DNA of 64,000 nt, from NCBI GenBank assembly GCA_965153285.1, contig OZ229112.1. The stretch is one strand, 5' to 3'. This DNA comes from Podarcis tiliguerta (Eukaryota). The notes beneath the pieces were generated by a model. That model saw only the letters and a program-made list of their open reading frames with translations. It ran no database searches and was not told the DNA's origin. Of this stretch, positions 12,672 through 25,979 are shown one piece after another. The position numbers and the translations under genes are program-made. Numbering within the stretch: position 1 is the first letter of the stretch; each line of letters begins with the position of its first letter.

Positions 12672-13406
12672 TGCACAAGATGAAGGTAAAATGTTGATTT
12701 AAACAAATCCATATTTTTCTGTGTATTCCCCTAATGCCAAGTTAGGCTTGGCCTTTTTTGTTAGGCTAAAAATATTTGACAAAGTGCTCTCTTTCCACAT
12801 GCACGCACAAAGAGAGAGCGAGAGCCAGCTGCAGCATTAACAGTGGGCTCCTTGTTTTTCATAGCTGTTCTGAGCATATGGAGATCTCATTTGGTCCTTA
12901 TCTGTTCCTATGAAAGAAACAAAATGCCAACCAAATGTGTTGCAAGACCCTATAGCAGAGAGACTAACACCCCAGGCCTAGCCATTTTTACCTGGAAGCT
13001 GGAATGGGATGCTGATCGGATTGATCAGTCAAATCAGATCCACAGATTGTCAGTTTGCAAAGTGTCGTGCCTCCAGACTTCACAAGCACAGCTGATCATC
13101 AGGGCTTGCAAAAGGCAGGTCTGTGCATATGCCCACATGGTTTGATTTCAAACCGCACTAGTCAAAGCAGGTCACCTAATGTCATTGTGCTGTCAGGTGA
13201 CTGGCAGGTGGGCAGCCCCACATACCTGTCAGTCATGGCCTACAGGTGATGAGAGAGGTAAGGTTTCATTACCCCACCCCCTGCTCTAAACATTCAAGGC
13301 TCACATTAGCATGGCAGATGTGCAACTTAATGTACAGAGGATTCTGAATCCCCTCCCCCCCCCAAGGGAAGTTCCAGACTGCACACACACACACACACAC
13401 ACACGT

Positions 13407-13967
13407 CTGAGATGGGCAACCTGTGGTCCTTCGGATGTTGCCAGACTGCATCTCCCACCATCCCTGACCACTGGCCATTCTGGATGAAGCTCATGGGAGT
13501 TGAATCCAGTTACGTTTGGAGGACGAGAGGTAGAGATAGATGAATCTGCCCATTTTGGTTTTTCGCTTTTCCAATCTAAATTCAGTTTGCCACATTTCTG
13601 CATCGGTTTTCGTTGTTTGTACGTGTGTCTTTCATGTACTCAGAAAAATGTGTCAGCAAGTGTTAGTGTGCTTTTCTCCTAACATGCAAATTTGTGTTTG
13701 CAACTTTGCCTACTATACATGTTTTTGCAAACAGGTTTCTATCCAACAGAATGCATTTTTTTGTGGTTTTCCACACACACACTAATCTACAGCTTTTTAG
13801 ATGCATACTTCACCCTAATACACATGCTTTTGTATACACTTTTGAGTTGAAGTACAGCAAATTTCAAAGGATAGTTGCGATAAAGTCTGTGTGTGAATTA
13901 CTTAGATGCATATGAAAATGGAAATTGAATCTGTCTCACATCCCTGGCCACAGGTTCCCCACCCCTG
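13407..13967. mobile_element. ~140-bp CAGGG-TIR hAT-type MITE split by a nested insertion
   Basis: The left part 13407-13530 and right end 13947-13967 join into the family seen intact at 23664-23805 and 56602-56737. Confidence 0.75.
13531..13946 (+). mobile_element. TAGGGATG-TIR (Ac-like) hAT non-autonomous element
   Basis: Ends TAGAGATAG...CATCCCTG. Decayed 8-bp TSD ACGAGAGG/GCCACAGG (5/8). Body similar to 54028-54906 and 33165-33510. Confidence 0.7.
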
Positions 13968-14907
13968 ATATACTAGTTTTTTGCAGACATGACTCTTTAA
14001 TATATTGAGACCAGTGGTGGGGCTAAGCATGAATGGATAAATGGGCTTTACTCTCAACAGAACAACCCTACAGTATCCTTTTATTTCGTTTCATTACTAT
14101 TTTTTAAAAAGGTTGATTTGGCAGGCCTGCCCTTCCTGCAATATTTCAGCCACATACACACAGAACACTGCCACAAAATTCATCTTGGAATTGTTTCTAG
14201 TAGAAAAAACCCACAAAAATGCCTTTTCTGTGGGGTATTTAGACTATGAAATTCTGACAAATTACATGTATCAACAACATACCTCAATCTGGCACTGCAT
14301 ATTTTCAAATAATAATAAAAAAACCCCTCACATTACTCGTGGTTTGTGGTATGTGTTGTTTCTCAGCTATGAGAACACATCATCAGAGCGGATTTGATTC
14401 TGGGAAACAGTATTACATTGGAAACTGCCATTAAACAAACTTCACTTTAAAAATAAATAAATAAAACCTCATGGAAACAAGTAATATTGAACCCACTTGG
14501 TGCTAAATTTAAAAGATTAAATTTCCTCACCTCTTTATATTCTTCTATCTCTCTCTCCTCCCCCACACTTTAAGATTCTGTCATCCAGTATAAAATCATT
14601 GTTATATAGAAACAGAAATGATCACACTTTAACAACAACAGTAACAAAAACGACTCTCTAGACTTACTGAAGCAGGTGGTGAAGATGGAGGGAGGTGGGA
14701 GACTAGGTGCCTTGCTTCACACAGGGCAGTCTTCTGTTTGAGGGGCTGCATGGTCCAAATCTGCTTTAAAGATAAAGAGACAGAAGAAGTGAGAGCAGGA
14801 AGGGTCTTCAAGATGCCCATTGACAGGGTACCATTGGGCAGCTAACTGGACAGGCACCCAGGGCACCTGCTCACAGTCTGTTCCTCACAGGGTGAGAAGG
14901 ATGGCAC

Positions 14908-15410
14908 TTTTTTTTTTTTTCAAAGCACCCCATACTTTTCAGATATTTCACTGATTTTACAATCATTTTGACATTTTAAAACTTGACTTCCTTCCCCTGC
15001 TTTCTGCAGTTCCTTAAATTTATTTTAAATATCTTCTGCATATCCAAATTAACTTAACTTACTCATTTATTTATCTTCTTTTTATATATGTAGCTGCAGG
15101 TTATTACAATAATCCTGCCAGTGTTTTTTATCTGTAGATATTCAATAAACCATTTCCATTCTTTTATGAAAAGTTTGTCATCTCGATTTCTTATTCTTCC
15201 AGTAAGTTTTGCCATTTCTGCATATTCCATAAGTTTTTGTATCCATCCTTCCTTTGCTGGGACTTCTTCTTCTTTCCATTTTTGGGCAAGTAACATTCTT
15301 GCCGCTGTAGTTGCATACATAAGTAAATTTCTATACAATTTAGGTAGTTAAATTCTATACAATGTAGGTAGGTAGGGATAGAATTCCCAAGAAAAAGGCT
15401 TCTGGTTTTA
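14908..15410 (-). mobile_element. L1-clade LINE 3' end (ORF2 C-terminus, 3' UTR, probable poly-A)
   Basis: Minus strand YRNLLMYATTAARMLLAQKWKEEEVPAKEGWIQKLMEYAEMAKLT; same family as 4570-4716. The T run at 14908-14920 fits a poly-A tail. Confidence 0.85.
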
Positions 15411-15503
15411 AGAAGGATGTCACTTCTATTCAAATTATACTAACCACTGCTATACTTGCAACAATACAGATCAGCAAGTTAGAGAAATTTTATGCAGTTC
15501 TAT

Positions 15504-15660
15504 GGACAGGATTCAACTTAGTCGTTGCATGCATGGAACAAGGTCTGTTGATGCAATGGGACTTCTCCCCTCTCCCTCCCCCTGTGTGCCCCCCATGAAC
15601 CCCAAATCATGGTTAGGAGATGCACAGGGGCAAGGGGGGGTTCCCATTACATGAGGAGTC
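15504..15660. mobile_element. Partial copy of GGGTGG-TIR fold-back MITE family
   Basis: GGATTCAAC start and a pyrimidine-then-purine core like 1213-1444 and 63627-63878. Confidence 0.5.
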
Positions 15661-16621
15661 CTCATTCCCTGAGAGCCTGCACCCCACATAGCACTATATT
15701 GACTCTCACCCTCTTGTTTGTTGATGTACCAGTGACTTCCTTAGTGGTGGCACCTCAGTTGTGGAAGTATCTTAAGAGCCCTTTTGAGAGCTGAGTGTAC
15801 AGTTTTTGTTTTAAAAATAAATATATTTCTGAAAATATGAACATACATATATTACACAGATGGCCAATGCCAATGTCTTTATTGCGAAACTGTTTTAAAT
15901 TAAAATGTGTGTATGCGTTGGGGCGGAAATGCAATGTGAAATACCACCAAACCTGAGTACTCCAAACACCCACTGACTCAAGATATAGCCCATAGAAATA
16001 TAAGAACAAGACTGTCCATTGTAAAGGAGATTCAGGCGGAGCAATGTTAATTGAGAAAATGCTGACATGCCACTCCATATACCATTGGGAAAACCATCAG
16101 AACAGGAAAAACTTCAAAAAACACAATTTGGTCCAAAGGGCTTGCTGTGTCCTGTTAACAGCTGGTCCTTCAACACACCTGCAGCTTGTAGGAGGTCAGA
16201 TGGGATTGCTGTGTTCAACGCAAAGGCAAGGAAGAACTACAGTCAAATTACAGTAATTACAGGAGATGCTCAAAGGGTTCAGCAATAATTTTGGATAAAG
16301 GCAACATTTGAGAGATTAAAAGCTTCTTTCCAAAGCAAACTTGCTTTTCATCAAGTGAGCGATATCATTCACACTAGGTGAATTCGGAACTGTGAAAGCA
16401 GGACTGTGTGCGTGAATGAAACAGGAATTAAGGTGCAGATCCGGAACAATTTTCCTGGCAAAGCTAAGGAAACTACTGCTTTAGCTGAGTAATGGCCAGT
16501 ATATTGGCTCCTTGGGAATGTTCTCTTTTGCCAAACCACTTCACTTAAATATTACGGTCAAGAGGCCAGTAGTTTTCATGCTCATAGTAGTGCAGGATCC
16601 GTTCAGGATCAAAGGAGTGAA

Positions 16622-16835
16622 CAGGGATGGGGAACCTGTAGCCTTCCAGATGCTGGAGTCCAGCTTCCATAAAACAGTGTCTCCTGACTACCAGTACTCA
16701 GAAACAAAAGGAAAGTCATGATCCTTTTGCTTCAGACTACAGCTCCCACCAACCCTGACCACTGGCCATGCTGGTTGGGGCAGATGGAAGTTGGAATCCA
16801 ACAACAACTTGAGGGCCACAGGTTCTGAACCCTTG
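16622..16835. mobile_element. CAGGG-TIR hAT-type MITE with ~75-bp internal insert
   Basis: CAGGGATGGGGAACCTGT...ACAGGTTCTGAACCCTTG. Extra sequence at ~16656-16731 is absent from other copies. Confidence 0.7.
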
Positions 16836-18661
16836 CTCTGAATAGTCTGTAAGCATCCACTCCTTCTGAATTATATCATGCAAGTTGTATACTGTGGCCC
16901 AGAGTATATTTATCTAGCCATAACAAGTCCTTGGGAAACTCTTTGCCGCAGGAAGAATTGCGAGTCGTGCTGTTATTTCTAAAGGTCTCTGGCCTCACAT
17001 TTAGCTAAGATGGCACCCGTTTGACAAGTGGGTGCTCATTCACAACTGAAAGAAATGGTTTTCTTTGGCTCAAGGGTTTTCCAAAGTACGTAAGGGAAAT
17101 ATGTAAGCCACTTGCTGTGTTGGCTCAGGACCCTCCTCTGTGCCCAATCCACAAAGCATGCATGATTTGATTAATAGCTATACAGGCAGAGTCACAGCTT
17201 GCGCAGCAGGCTCAGATGTTTCAGTCCAGAAGCTCTGCTTCGATCTCTGATGTGTGTCTTCCAGTGTGGTGGCCATTACAGATGCAGATCCCCAGCAGAG
17301 CAGGAATAATCCATGCCAGACTTTGTGGTTACTTCTCCCTGCCAGCCATTATCACCACTGTCTTTTGTGGATAATATGCTAATCTGTTTAGCTGGAAGAC
17401 ACAGAAGCGCAAAGCTGGTTGCTGCTGGATGTTATGTACTGCCTTAGTTACGGTGCGCAAAACGTTCTCAGAAAAATATAACCCTTCTATTTATTCAGGT
17501 GGTGTTAGGCAGTAGGAACTAAGCTGAGTGTGGGCCTTCTGAATCCAAGAGAGATGTGACTATCTTATGATTTCCTCACTTTGCTTGCTGTTACATTTAG
17601 CATCAGACAAAGGGCAAAAGAAGCGTTGCCAAACTGAATGGAAGCTATGCAGATGTCTTAGCGGTTGCCATGCCCCTTCTGCCCAGCTTTTTTAAAGACA
17701 TAGTGGTTTGAGCTCACTCACTAGACTCTCTCACCTGACAAAGCTGCCCTGTATGCAAACACACACTCCATCTGGGCTGGTGCATCTGATCCCATCTACA
17801 GATATGGTGCCTGGCTCTCCATGCCAACACTGGGTCCTGCCAATTGGACTCCAGCCCTTCCATCACATCCTCCTGCTCACCCACCTCTCATTGGCTGATT
17901 GAAGTACAGCACTGAGAGTGGCAATGGAAGCACCTTCGTCCTTGATCCCTGGGTGCCAGCCTTCAAGCCCTGCTTTCCATTATTATCCCTCTTGGGCTGC
18001 CATGCCTGAGAGATCCTGATAGAACAGAAGGACTTGGCAGGGTTGGTGTCGCAGGGAGGAAGGCTTTTCAGCTCAGTACTATAGAAATGCAGGACTGTCA
18101 CCATGAGTGGCACCGGAGAGGATGGATACAGGAGAGGGAAGCACCCTGCTAACAAAAAACTCGCCCTCTACTTCCTCCCTCCTATTGTTGAACTCCTGTC
18201 ATTAATGTATATTGTTATTCTTAGATATCTTAACATGTAAGACACAACTCACCCACCTCAAAATATACTTTGCCTCTTCTGTGCAGCATCCACCCAGATT
18301 TTCCCCCCCTTGGTGCTGCCACTGGATGCCACGGGGCATGGGGTGGGTGGGAATGCTTCTCTCCATTGTATGTGCCCCTCCATATGTGCCCCTCCATTCT
18401 TCATATTCATTAGCCTTGTTCAGGCATTCCCTCTCGCATGTACACCATGATGTGAGAGGGAAGAGCAGGGATAGATTTTTTGGCTCCTCTCCATCTGCCA
18501 TATTCCTGGTGGTCTGGCCTTCAATGCCTTTGGGCTGAAATTCTGCAGGGGGGAAACTGGCTCCATGTATGTGGTCCCACCACACAATTAAAAAACTTGA
18601 TCCCGTGGAGAGTTTCCACAAGCACAGACGCTTCCCTACATTTGCCCGCCAGCATGTAGAG

Positions 18662-18801
18662 CAGGCATTGCCATTGTGGTATCCTCCAGGTGTTGCTCTG
18701 GACTGCAAATCCCATCAGCCCCAGTCATCAAGGCCAGTTGTCAGGGATGATGTGAGCTGTAGTCCACCAACATCTGAAGGGAACCATGTGGGCTATCCCC
18801 G
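18662..18801. mobile_element. CAGG-TIR hAT-type MITE
   Basis: Palindromic family body. 8-bp flanks ATGTAGAG / GTGAAGAG (6/8). Confidence 0.75.
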
Positions 18802-18964
18802 GTGAAGAGGGTGGCAGGGCTGTGGCCATAATGGAGGCGGGGGCAGCAGCATGTCTCTGCCCCCACCCTTGCCATGCTGCTTCATGTAATTGGTTTCCTC
18901 AAGGGAAACAACAAAATAAGGCCATCAGGGCACACAGTAACAGCATTTGACCAGGAAACACCAG

Positions 18965-19147
18965 AAATTACCTCAATACCGAGTCAGACTATTTATCCTG
19001 GTAGCCCCTGTTGTCTGGGCTGACTGGCCGTAGCAATCCAAGCTCTGGGGCAAAAGTATTTCTACCCATCCCATTTTAACGAGAGATGCCAGGAACTGAA
19101 TCTGGGACCTGTTGCATGCTCTCTGCCTCTGAGCTAAGGCTCCTCCC
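18965..19147 (-). mobile_element. tRNA-headed squamate SINE (decayed)
   Basis: Same family as 8935-9092 and 41893-42085. Confidence 0.65.
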
Positions 19148-20829
19148 TTAACTGGTATGTCCCTTCTACAGATAGCAGCCTTCCCATGATTCTTGGCAAA
19201 CTCAATTCCACTTTTAAGCAGAAGTCTTAGAATACAAAACTCAAAGGAGGCCACATTGCAGCTGAGCACTTGCTGGACAAATCTTCTACAACGTACAGAG
19301 AGGGTAAAGAGCAAAATTTAGCAAAATTTAAGCAGACAGTGTGTTTTCACTATACTGTTGGAGACTTTGGGAGCATCTCGGGTGAGGATGTGCTTTCCCC
19401 CTTCTTTTCTTTCTTTTTATTTTTTCCTTCAAAAAACCCTCCCAACATTTATTTTAGAGCCTTTAACAAAAACACAGTTGTTGTTAGATAACTTAGCACG
19501 TACAAATGTCAAAGAAGAACTTATAATACACCACTGGAAAGATAAACGGAGGCTCTGATTCTACATGCTGGAACACCACTTTTCCGGTTTTACCAGATAA
19601 CGTTGGGGAGATATGTGTCGTCGTAACACCATGCCAAACTGTTACATGCTCTGCAGAAACGGCGCCCTCTTAAGAAGTGAAGTTTAATTAGCGAAAAAGG
19701 AAGTGTACAAAGGAGTGATAACTGAGAGTTGGTCACTGTGTCTCTCTGATGAGATTATCCTCTGTACTTCTGAACTTTATTATCCAAACAACAAACCCGT
19801 AGAGTGACTTGGAGTCTCCAACTATCATGGGTTCATTTTTATTTTACTCACGAAAGCTGTCAGGAGGAGGCCCTCAGCTATTAATTGAAGCAGCTCCAGA
19901 CAATTGAATATGCTGCATGTGCAAAAACATTAGCAGATATATGTGTAAAGATTCTAGACGCTCAGGGAACGGATCCAGAGGCCTCTGAAGTCAATGGCAG
20001 TTTTTCCATTGACTTTCTGACGACGCCCTGGTTACTTGTACTAAATGCTGTCAAGAGTTGCATTTGCCTTTTGAACTTAAATGACTCATTCTTGTCATGA
20101 TTGTTTTGCTCTCCTTAAGATGACAGATGACATGAAGCCCAGGTGACATGTTCGTGGAAGCAAATGAGAATGTCCTAACACCGATTTTTCAAATTTTGGG
20201 TGATGCAGCACAACAGGATTTACTGGGCATCTCTTAAAAGCTAAGTTTTATTAAATTAAAAATGGGCGATGATTGGAAGGAGATGTTCACAGACAGGAAA
20301 AAGATCCAGGAAAACTGACATCCAAGGTCACAAACTGCATCCAGGGAGAATGCAGAATACTGGTACATATGTAGATTATTAGTATATCCCATAGAAAGTG
20401 AATATTCTCTTCCATCTGTGTATGCAACAACTGCTTCCACTTAGACAATTTCCTTTTATCTCGCACATTAGTACATGTGACTGAAGAATGGAAGATTGGC
20501 CCCGTAGACACAGATCAGATCACTGACCAATACAACTAGCTCTGGCTTTGCCATGGGAATCACCTCTGAAGCAAATTTTGAAGTTGAATATCTCTCTTGT
20601 GAAAGATGAGGTCTTTGAAGCACAAATGGCAGATAAAACTGGGGAGTTTTTTGATATTAACTCATGCATGGCCCCTTCCAATCCAAAGTCATCTTATGGG
20701 ACTCTTAAAGCAAATGCAGGAGGGAGAACAATTGCTTAAAAAGGAAAGCAGAACCTAAATTTTCATTACATTCAAGTACATTAAGAAGAGCTGCAGAAAG
20801 GCCTAAGCTTCTCCAAACATAGACATGAA

Positions 20830-20935
20830 GATCATGACTTTGGATCAGTCGTTGTGTCTCAGTCTAGCCTACCTCACAGGGTTTTTGTGAGGATACAATA
20901 GGGTAGGGAAAAGAACCATTTATGCCAACTTGAGC
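20830..20935 (+). mobile_element. MIR/CORE-like SINE fragment
   Basis: CTCAGTCTAGCCTACCTCACAGGGTTTTTGTGAGGATA resembles the MIR core. Confidence 0.6.
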
Positions 20936-23553
20936 ATAATTTCTAATGATTAATCCCAGGTTCTAGATGACCAAGAATTTTGGAAGGTAGATTTTTGAGG
21001 GGTGGGTCTGAGGAGGCACCAGCCGGAATTGTCAGTAGGCAGTGACATCAATCCCTTCCTTTGCCCACTCCAGCAGAGGACAATATGTTGGCAGCAGAGG
21101 AATATTTCTTATTTGTCTGCGGCTGACATGAAGGAGAAGAAGCGGGCAAGAGAAAGCAGGCAATCTGTAATTAATCTGTAATCTGAAGTAACTAAGGGGA
21201 GGAATTGTTGCTTCATTCCACACCATCTTGCACAAAGCCCCTTGTATTTTTGACATGGAGTTGAGATATACTGCATTCAGGGATCGGGGAATCTATTCTA
21301 TACATCTAATGTCTTTGTAGCAAAGGGAAGAACTGTATATTTACCAATAATATTTTGCTGGCATGGATCACAGGGACAATGACTGTGGTACAAGCAGTGA
21401 CAAATGTTGACAGATGTAGGCAGTGATCCTCCCCCCCCCCCCCAGGAAAACAAAGCTGTATGAGTGTTTTTGACTGTTATTTTGTTTTCCTTTCACTCGA
21501 GTCTTGAAGCAAATAGGGCTGATATTGTATTACAGAATACGCCTTTTTAAAACACACATGCAGAAACCAGTTTTTTTCCCCATGCGAAAACAAGGTATGT
21601 TGCTAACCCTTACGATAGCTCAGAATGTGAAGTAAAATTGCACCCACATGGGTTAGAATGTAAAGAGGAACTGGGTGGGACTTCCATAAATCAGGGTTGG
21701 GAATATCTTCTTTGAGCTTAAGTATCACTCCCTCTGTCTAGTGCATATCCTGACCCTCCAAGGAAGCCCCTGGATTTCATTGGCTGTCAGAGGCACCATC
21801 TCCTCAAGATGATTGAGGGGGCCCAACACAACATCCTGACATTGCACATGTGACATCATGAGGCGCCAGGGGCGGAGACAAATGCCCTCTAAATATTGAG
21901 GAGCCCTGGCTTCCTCAAAAAAACATTGGGAGGGGGGCAAAAGTGCTTCGGCCCCCAGGAGCTGCTGCCTATGGTGGCTGGGGAAGTACAACGGGAAAGG
22001 GCTATTGCACTCATGTCCTGCTTTGGTAGCAGAGGGCAAGCTTGTAAATTCAAGCTTGTTGAATTTACTTTGTTTTTTACTAGAACCAAGTGCAAAAAAC
22101 ATAGAACTGAAATAAGCTCACAGTCCTTTCACATAATATTAATTTCTTGGTTAGCTTTCTTGTCTCAGCAGCCTAATTTAGGGTGCAAGAGTCATTTTGT
22201 TGTCCTTGTTCAAACATTTAGGAGTCAGAAATCCTTCCTGATCTTCTGCAAACCACCTGAGACCTACCATTGGAAACAGGGGCTCTTATTGTATTCTATT
22301 GCTTTCCAGAAAATTAATTGTTTAAAATTGGGGCAATAATATTGAAAGACTTCAAAATAAAAACCCCCCCCCCCTAAAAACTTTATCCACTCCAAAACCA
22401 AATGGAAGGATGGAATTAATCATTTTCTCCAATTTGTAGAGTTTTGTATCACTTGGGGGGAAATCAGGCACAAGACTTGCCTGATTTCCCTCCTGTCTAG
22501 TAAAAGGTAGCATCAGACTTGAGAAACACAGCTGTAGAGAAATCATGTCTTTCTGCCAGCATGTAAAACAGCAGAGGCTCTCGAATGAGCTTAATTGATC
22601 ATGGCAGCCAGTCTAACTCAATCATATGTGAAATTCTCTCTCCTCTCAGATGTCGCTGGATGAGTGTTGGCATGGATTTCCTCTCTCGCAAACACTTCAG
22701 ATACTGTTTCTTGCTTTTGGGCAGGACCGCTCACTAGTACTTGGATAGAGTCCAATATATATCATGGGTTTGCCTTGTTTTAAACACACACACCCAGCAA
22801 AACAAAACTCTGTCTTCTTTCAAACTGCACGCTGCTTGATTCATGTGAAAATCCCTGTTGTCACAGCCAGTTCCCATTGTGGCTTAAGAGTTATTGTCAA
22901 AAACACTAGTAAGTGGCACCCATAGAAGTGACACATTGCAGAAGGATCAGATTCATTTCAGTTGCACTTTCACTAATGGACTTTTTACTGATTCTCTGTA
23001 TATACATCCTCTGTAGTTCTCAGCCCTCTGCAGGATTTCTAGTACATCAATTCTCCTTGATGTGATTCTCTTTTTTAAAAGTGGCACTGGTTTGTGAATG
23101 ATATAGATGCTCAGATAAAATAACAGCAATGGAAACAGCGTATATCTCTCTGCATATGAAAGTTACAAAAAGTGGGTTCGAATGTGATTATTAAGCAGAG
23201 TTGAGGAAACTTTAAAGTCTTCGTTTAAAAAGTGGAATGAGGCAAATAGTGAGTGAGTACATATTCTGGCAAATATTAGCTGAAGTTGTATTTTTTGGTT
23301 ATGTAAAAGCAGGAATTCCCACAGGAAATCATTACTTATCCTTTAATATCTGCTAGAATGTCCATGGGGTGTAACTGGAAAAAGGATATACCAACACACT
23401 TACAATGGCTACTGAGAATTTGGGATCATTTGTGCATGATTTTGTTAAGAGTCAGGGAAGGAAGATTTGGGTTATTTACTGAAGAAAGGGGCTTTAAAAA
23501 TATATATTAGAACTTAAAGGCAGAGGACCAAATCTCCAGTCCAGGGGTGGGTG

Positions 23554-23555
<2 letters not shown>

Positions 23556-23602
<47 letters not shown>
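23556..23602. repeat. (GA)n microsatellite
   Basis: Perfect dinucleotide run. Confidence 0.97.
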
Positions 23603-23606
<4 letters not shown>

Positions 23607-23663
23607 GTGGGTAACAATCTTGGGGTGCAGTTTCTTTCATGTGTCCCAGATGTTGCACTAGAT

Positions 23664-23805
23664 CAGGGATAGGGAACTGGTTTCCCACTCCACACACATT
23701 GTTAGACACTAAACTCCATCTGTCCCAGTCAACATGGCTAACAGTAAGGGATGATGGATGCTGTAGTACAGCAACATCTGAAGGGCCAAAGGTTTCCAGC
23801 CCCTG
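23664..23805. mobile_element. CAGGG-TIR hAT-type MITE with perfect 8-bp TSD
   Basis: CAGGG...CCCTG flanked by CACTAGAT at 23656-23663 and 23806-23813. Confidence 0.9.
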
Positions 23806-24032
23806 CACTAGATGGAATGAGATGCAGGAGGGTTCTTAAATTTTATATAAAGATTGTAGTCTTAGTAGAACAGCCATGCAAGTAATATTCCCCCAAACGC
23901 ACTCCAAAGTAGCCTTCACTTTGGCAATCATAAACTGCAACATAATCTACAACAGGAATGTTGAACCCATAGCGGAACTACAAGTCCGATCAGCCCCAGA
24001 CAGTATGACTAATAATCAGAGATGATGGGAGG

Positions 24033-24471
24033 CACGGGCGCGGGATCCTGCCCCACTTTGAGGGTGCCCAGTGTGGGCTTGTGATGGAGGAGGTCCACTG
24101 TGGCCGCAAGAAGGCCTAACAGGGCTCAACAAGGCCCATCGTGGCCTGCGGCAGTCCTGACATGGCCCATTGAGGCTTCCAGAAGGTCCAACAAGGCCTG
24201 TCACTGCCTGCGGAAGGCCCGATGAGGGCCTTCCCACAGCCAAAATGGTCCCCTTTGGACCTTCCAGACGCCACTCTCCTCAGCTGGTATGCACACCTGG
24301 CAAGTCTGTGTGCAGTGGGCTTCCTTGGAGATGCTCAGGGGGAGCATACACTCTGCTGCTGGACGTGCTGATGTGTGCAGCTTGGCCCAAAAAATTGTAG
24401 GTGCCCTGCCCCTTCACGGGGAATGTTGTGAGAGCTGGAGCACCCACAGCCCCACACACCTGGTGCCTATG
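24033..24471. mobile_element. GC-rich hAT-type element (CAYRGGCGC TIR) nested in a CAGGG-family MITE
   Basis: Ends CACGGGCGCG / GGTGCCTATG. TSD ATGGGAGG (24025-24032) / ATGAGAGG (24472-24479). Host MITE sequence lies on both sides. A related right end ...GCCTATG occurs at 21973. Confidence 0.75.
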
Positions 24472-25979
24472 ATGAGAGGTGTAGTTCAGCTACATATGGA
24501 GGACCACCGCTTCCTCACCATTGATCTATCATATTATTTCTTAGCTCATCATATTTTGCTGTCCTTCTGATCCATTTGAAAAGCCACTCTCTACCTTGGA
24601 AAGCAATTGTTGAGTCACAATTTTATTAAGCTCTTAAATCATTTTGAAGCTTGTAATGAAGCACAGGAGAGAACACTGTATGAAGAAGACTCCATAATTA
24701 TTTGAATAGAAATCATCCCCTCACTTAGGACAGCCATTTTCTTAATGGTTTTGTGGAAAAGAGCCAACTATCTGTTTCCTCCTGCTGAAAGACCAGGTTA
24801 ATCAAAATTATGGAAGAGAGGCAGGAAGAAAGCAGTATCCCTCTCTACATCCTTGCCTTAACTCCACATGGAATTTAAAAGTTAGAGCAAGAACACCGAG
24901 ACTCATATGATCAGCCCTCATGTGGCAGGCAGTTTCCAAAAAATGTTACTGTTAATTTATTGTGCCTATCAATCAATTGCATATCTTAATTATGAAACAT
25001 GGGTTTGCTCAGGAGCGTCTTCATCCCCATTTCCCATGCCTCAAACATCAGAGAATTGTGGAATGTGGTCTTGATTAATAAAGGCTACAGCACAGCTGAC
25101 TCAATGACACATTATATCATCTAATGAGTTATGTCAAGGCTAAAGGAAACAATTCCGAATCTTTCTTATGCTATAGAAACTGGGTGAATGTCCATCATTA
25201 ACTTTCAGTTCTGAGCACTTTGAAACAGATCTCTCACAACCGTATTTTTGGACCACAGAATGTTCCGTAAGGGTTGTGATCTTCTGCTCATACAAAATAA
25301 AGTAAGATTTGGGAAATGCTGACCATTGCCAAAACATTCTCAGAGGAAGACATTGAATGCCTTGTCACTTGATAGAAGTTTAAAATTAAGCAGAAGATCA
25401 AAAAGAAGAATGGATAGATGCAGTATAGATATCACACAGGAAAAAAACAAGTTGGCACACCTGGCCTGAGGAGGATTTTGGTGACAAATTGGTGTTTTAT
25501 ATAAGCTCTCTAGGGGGGGGGGGGGGACTATGCTCCTAAGCCTCCTTCAAAACAAACACAGGTTCCTCCTTTGAAATCTTCCCCATGTTTCCCTTGAAGA
25601 GGTGTCCTAACGTTTTGTTTTGGATTTTACTGCAGGTGAATTTCACTAGAAAATCTATTTCCCTTACAGCAAGGAGCTGATGATAAAACTTAGAGAAACA
25701 ATATAATTTGTTGGCGGGGGCAGGAGGGGGAAACAAGATGTTTTGGGAGGGGGGGGAAACCCCCAGTTGCTTCTATGTTGAGGAATGGTGTCCTTGTAAA
25801 AGAATTGGGTCAATGGCCGCCTGGGTCTATTTCATGGTTAACTAAAGAAATATTTCTCTGGGAGGCCAGGGCTGGCTTGCACTCATAACTGCAGTTTATT
25901 GGTCCATTGGCTCAAGCAAGCCTAAACACAAGGGAAAGTCGATACTGTATCACAGAACTCCGCAGCTAACACCTGGAAT

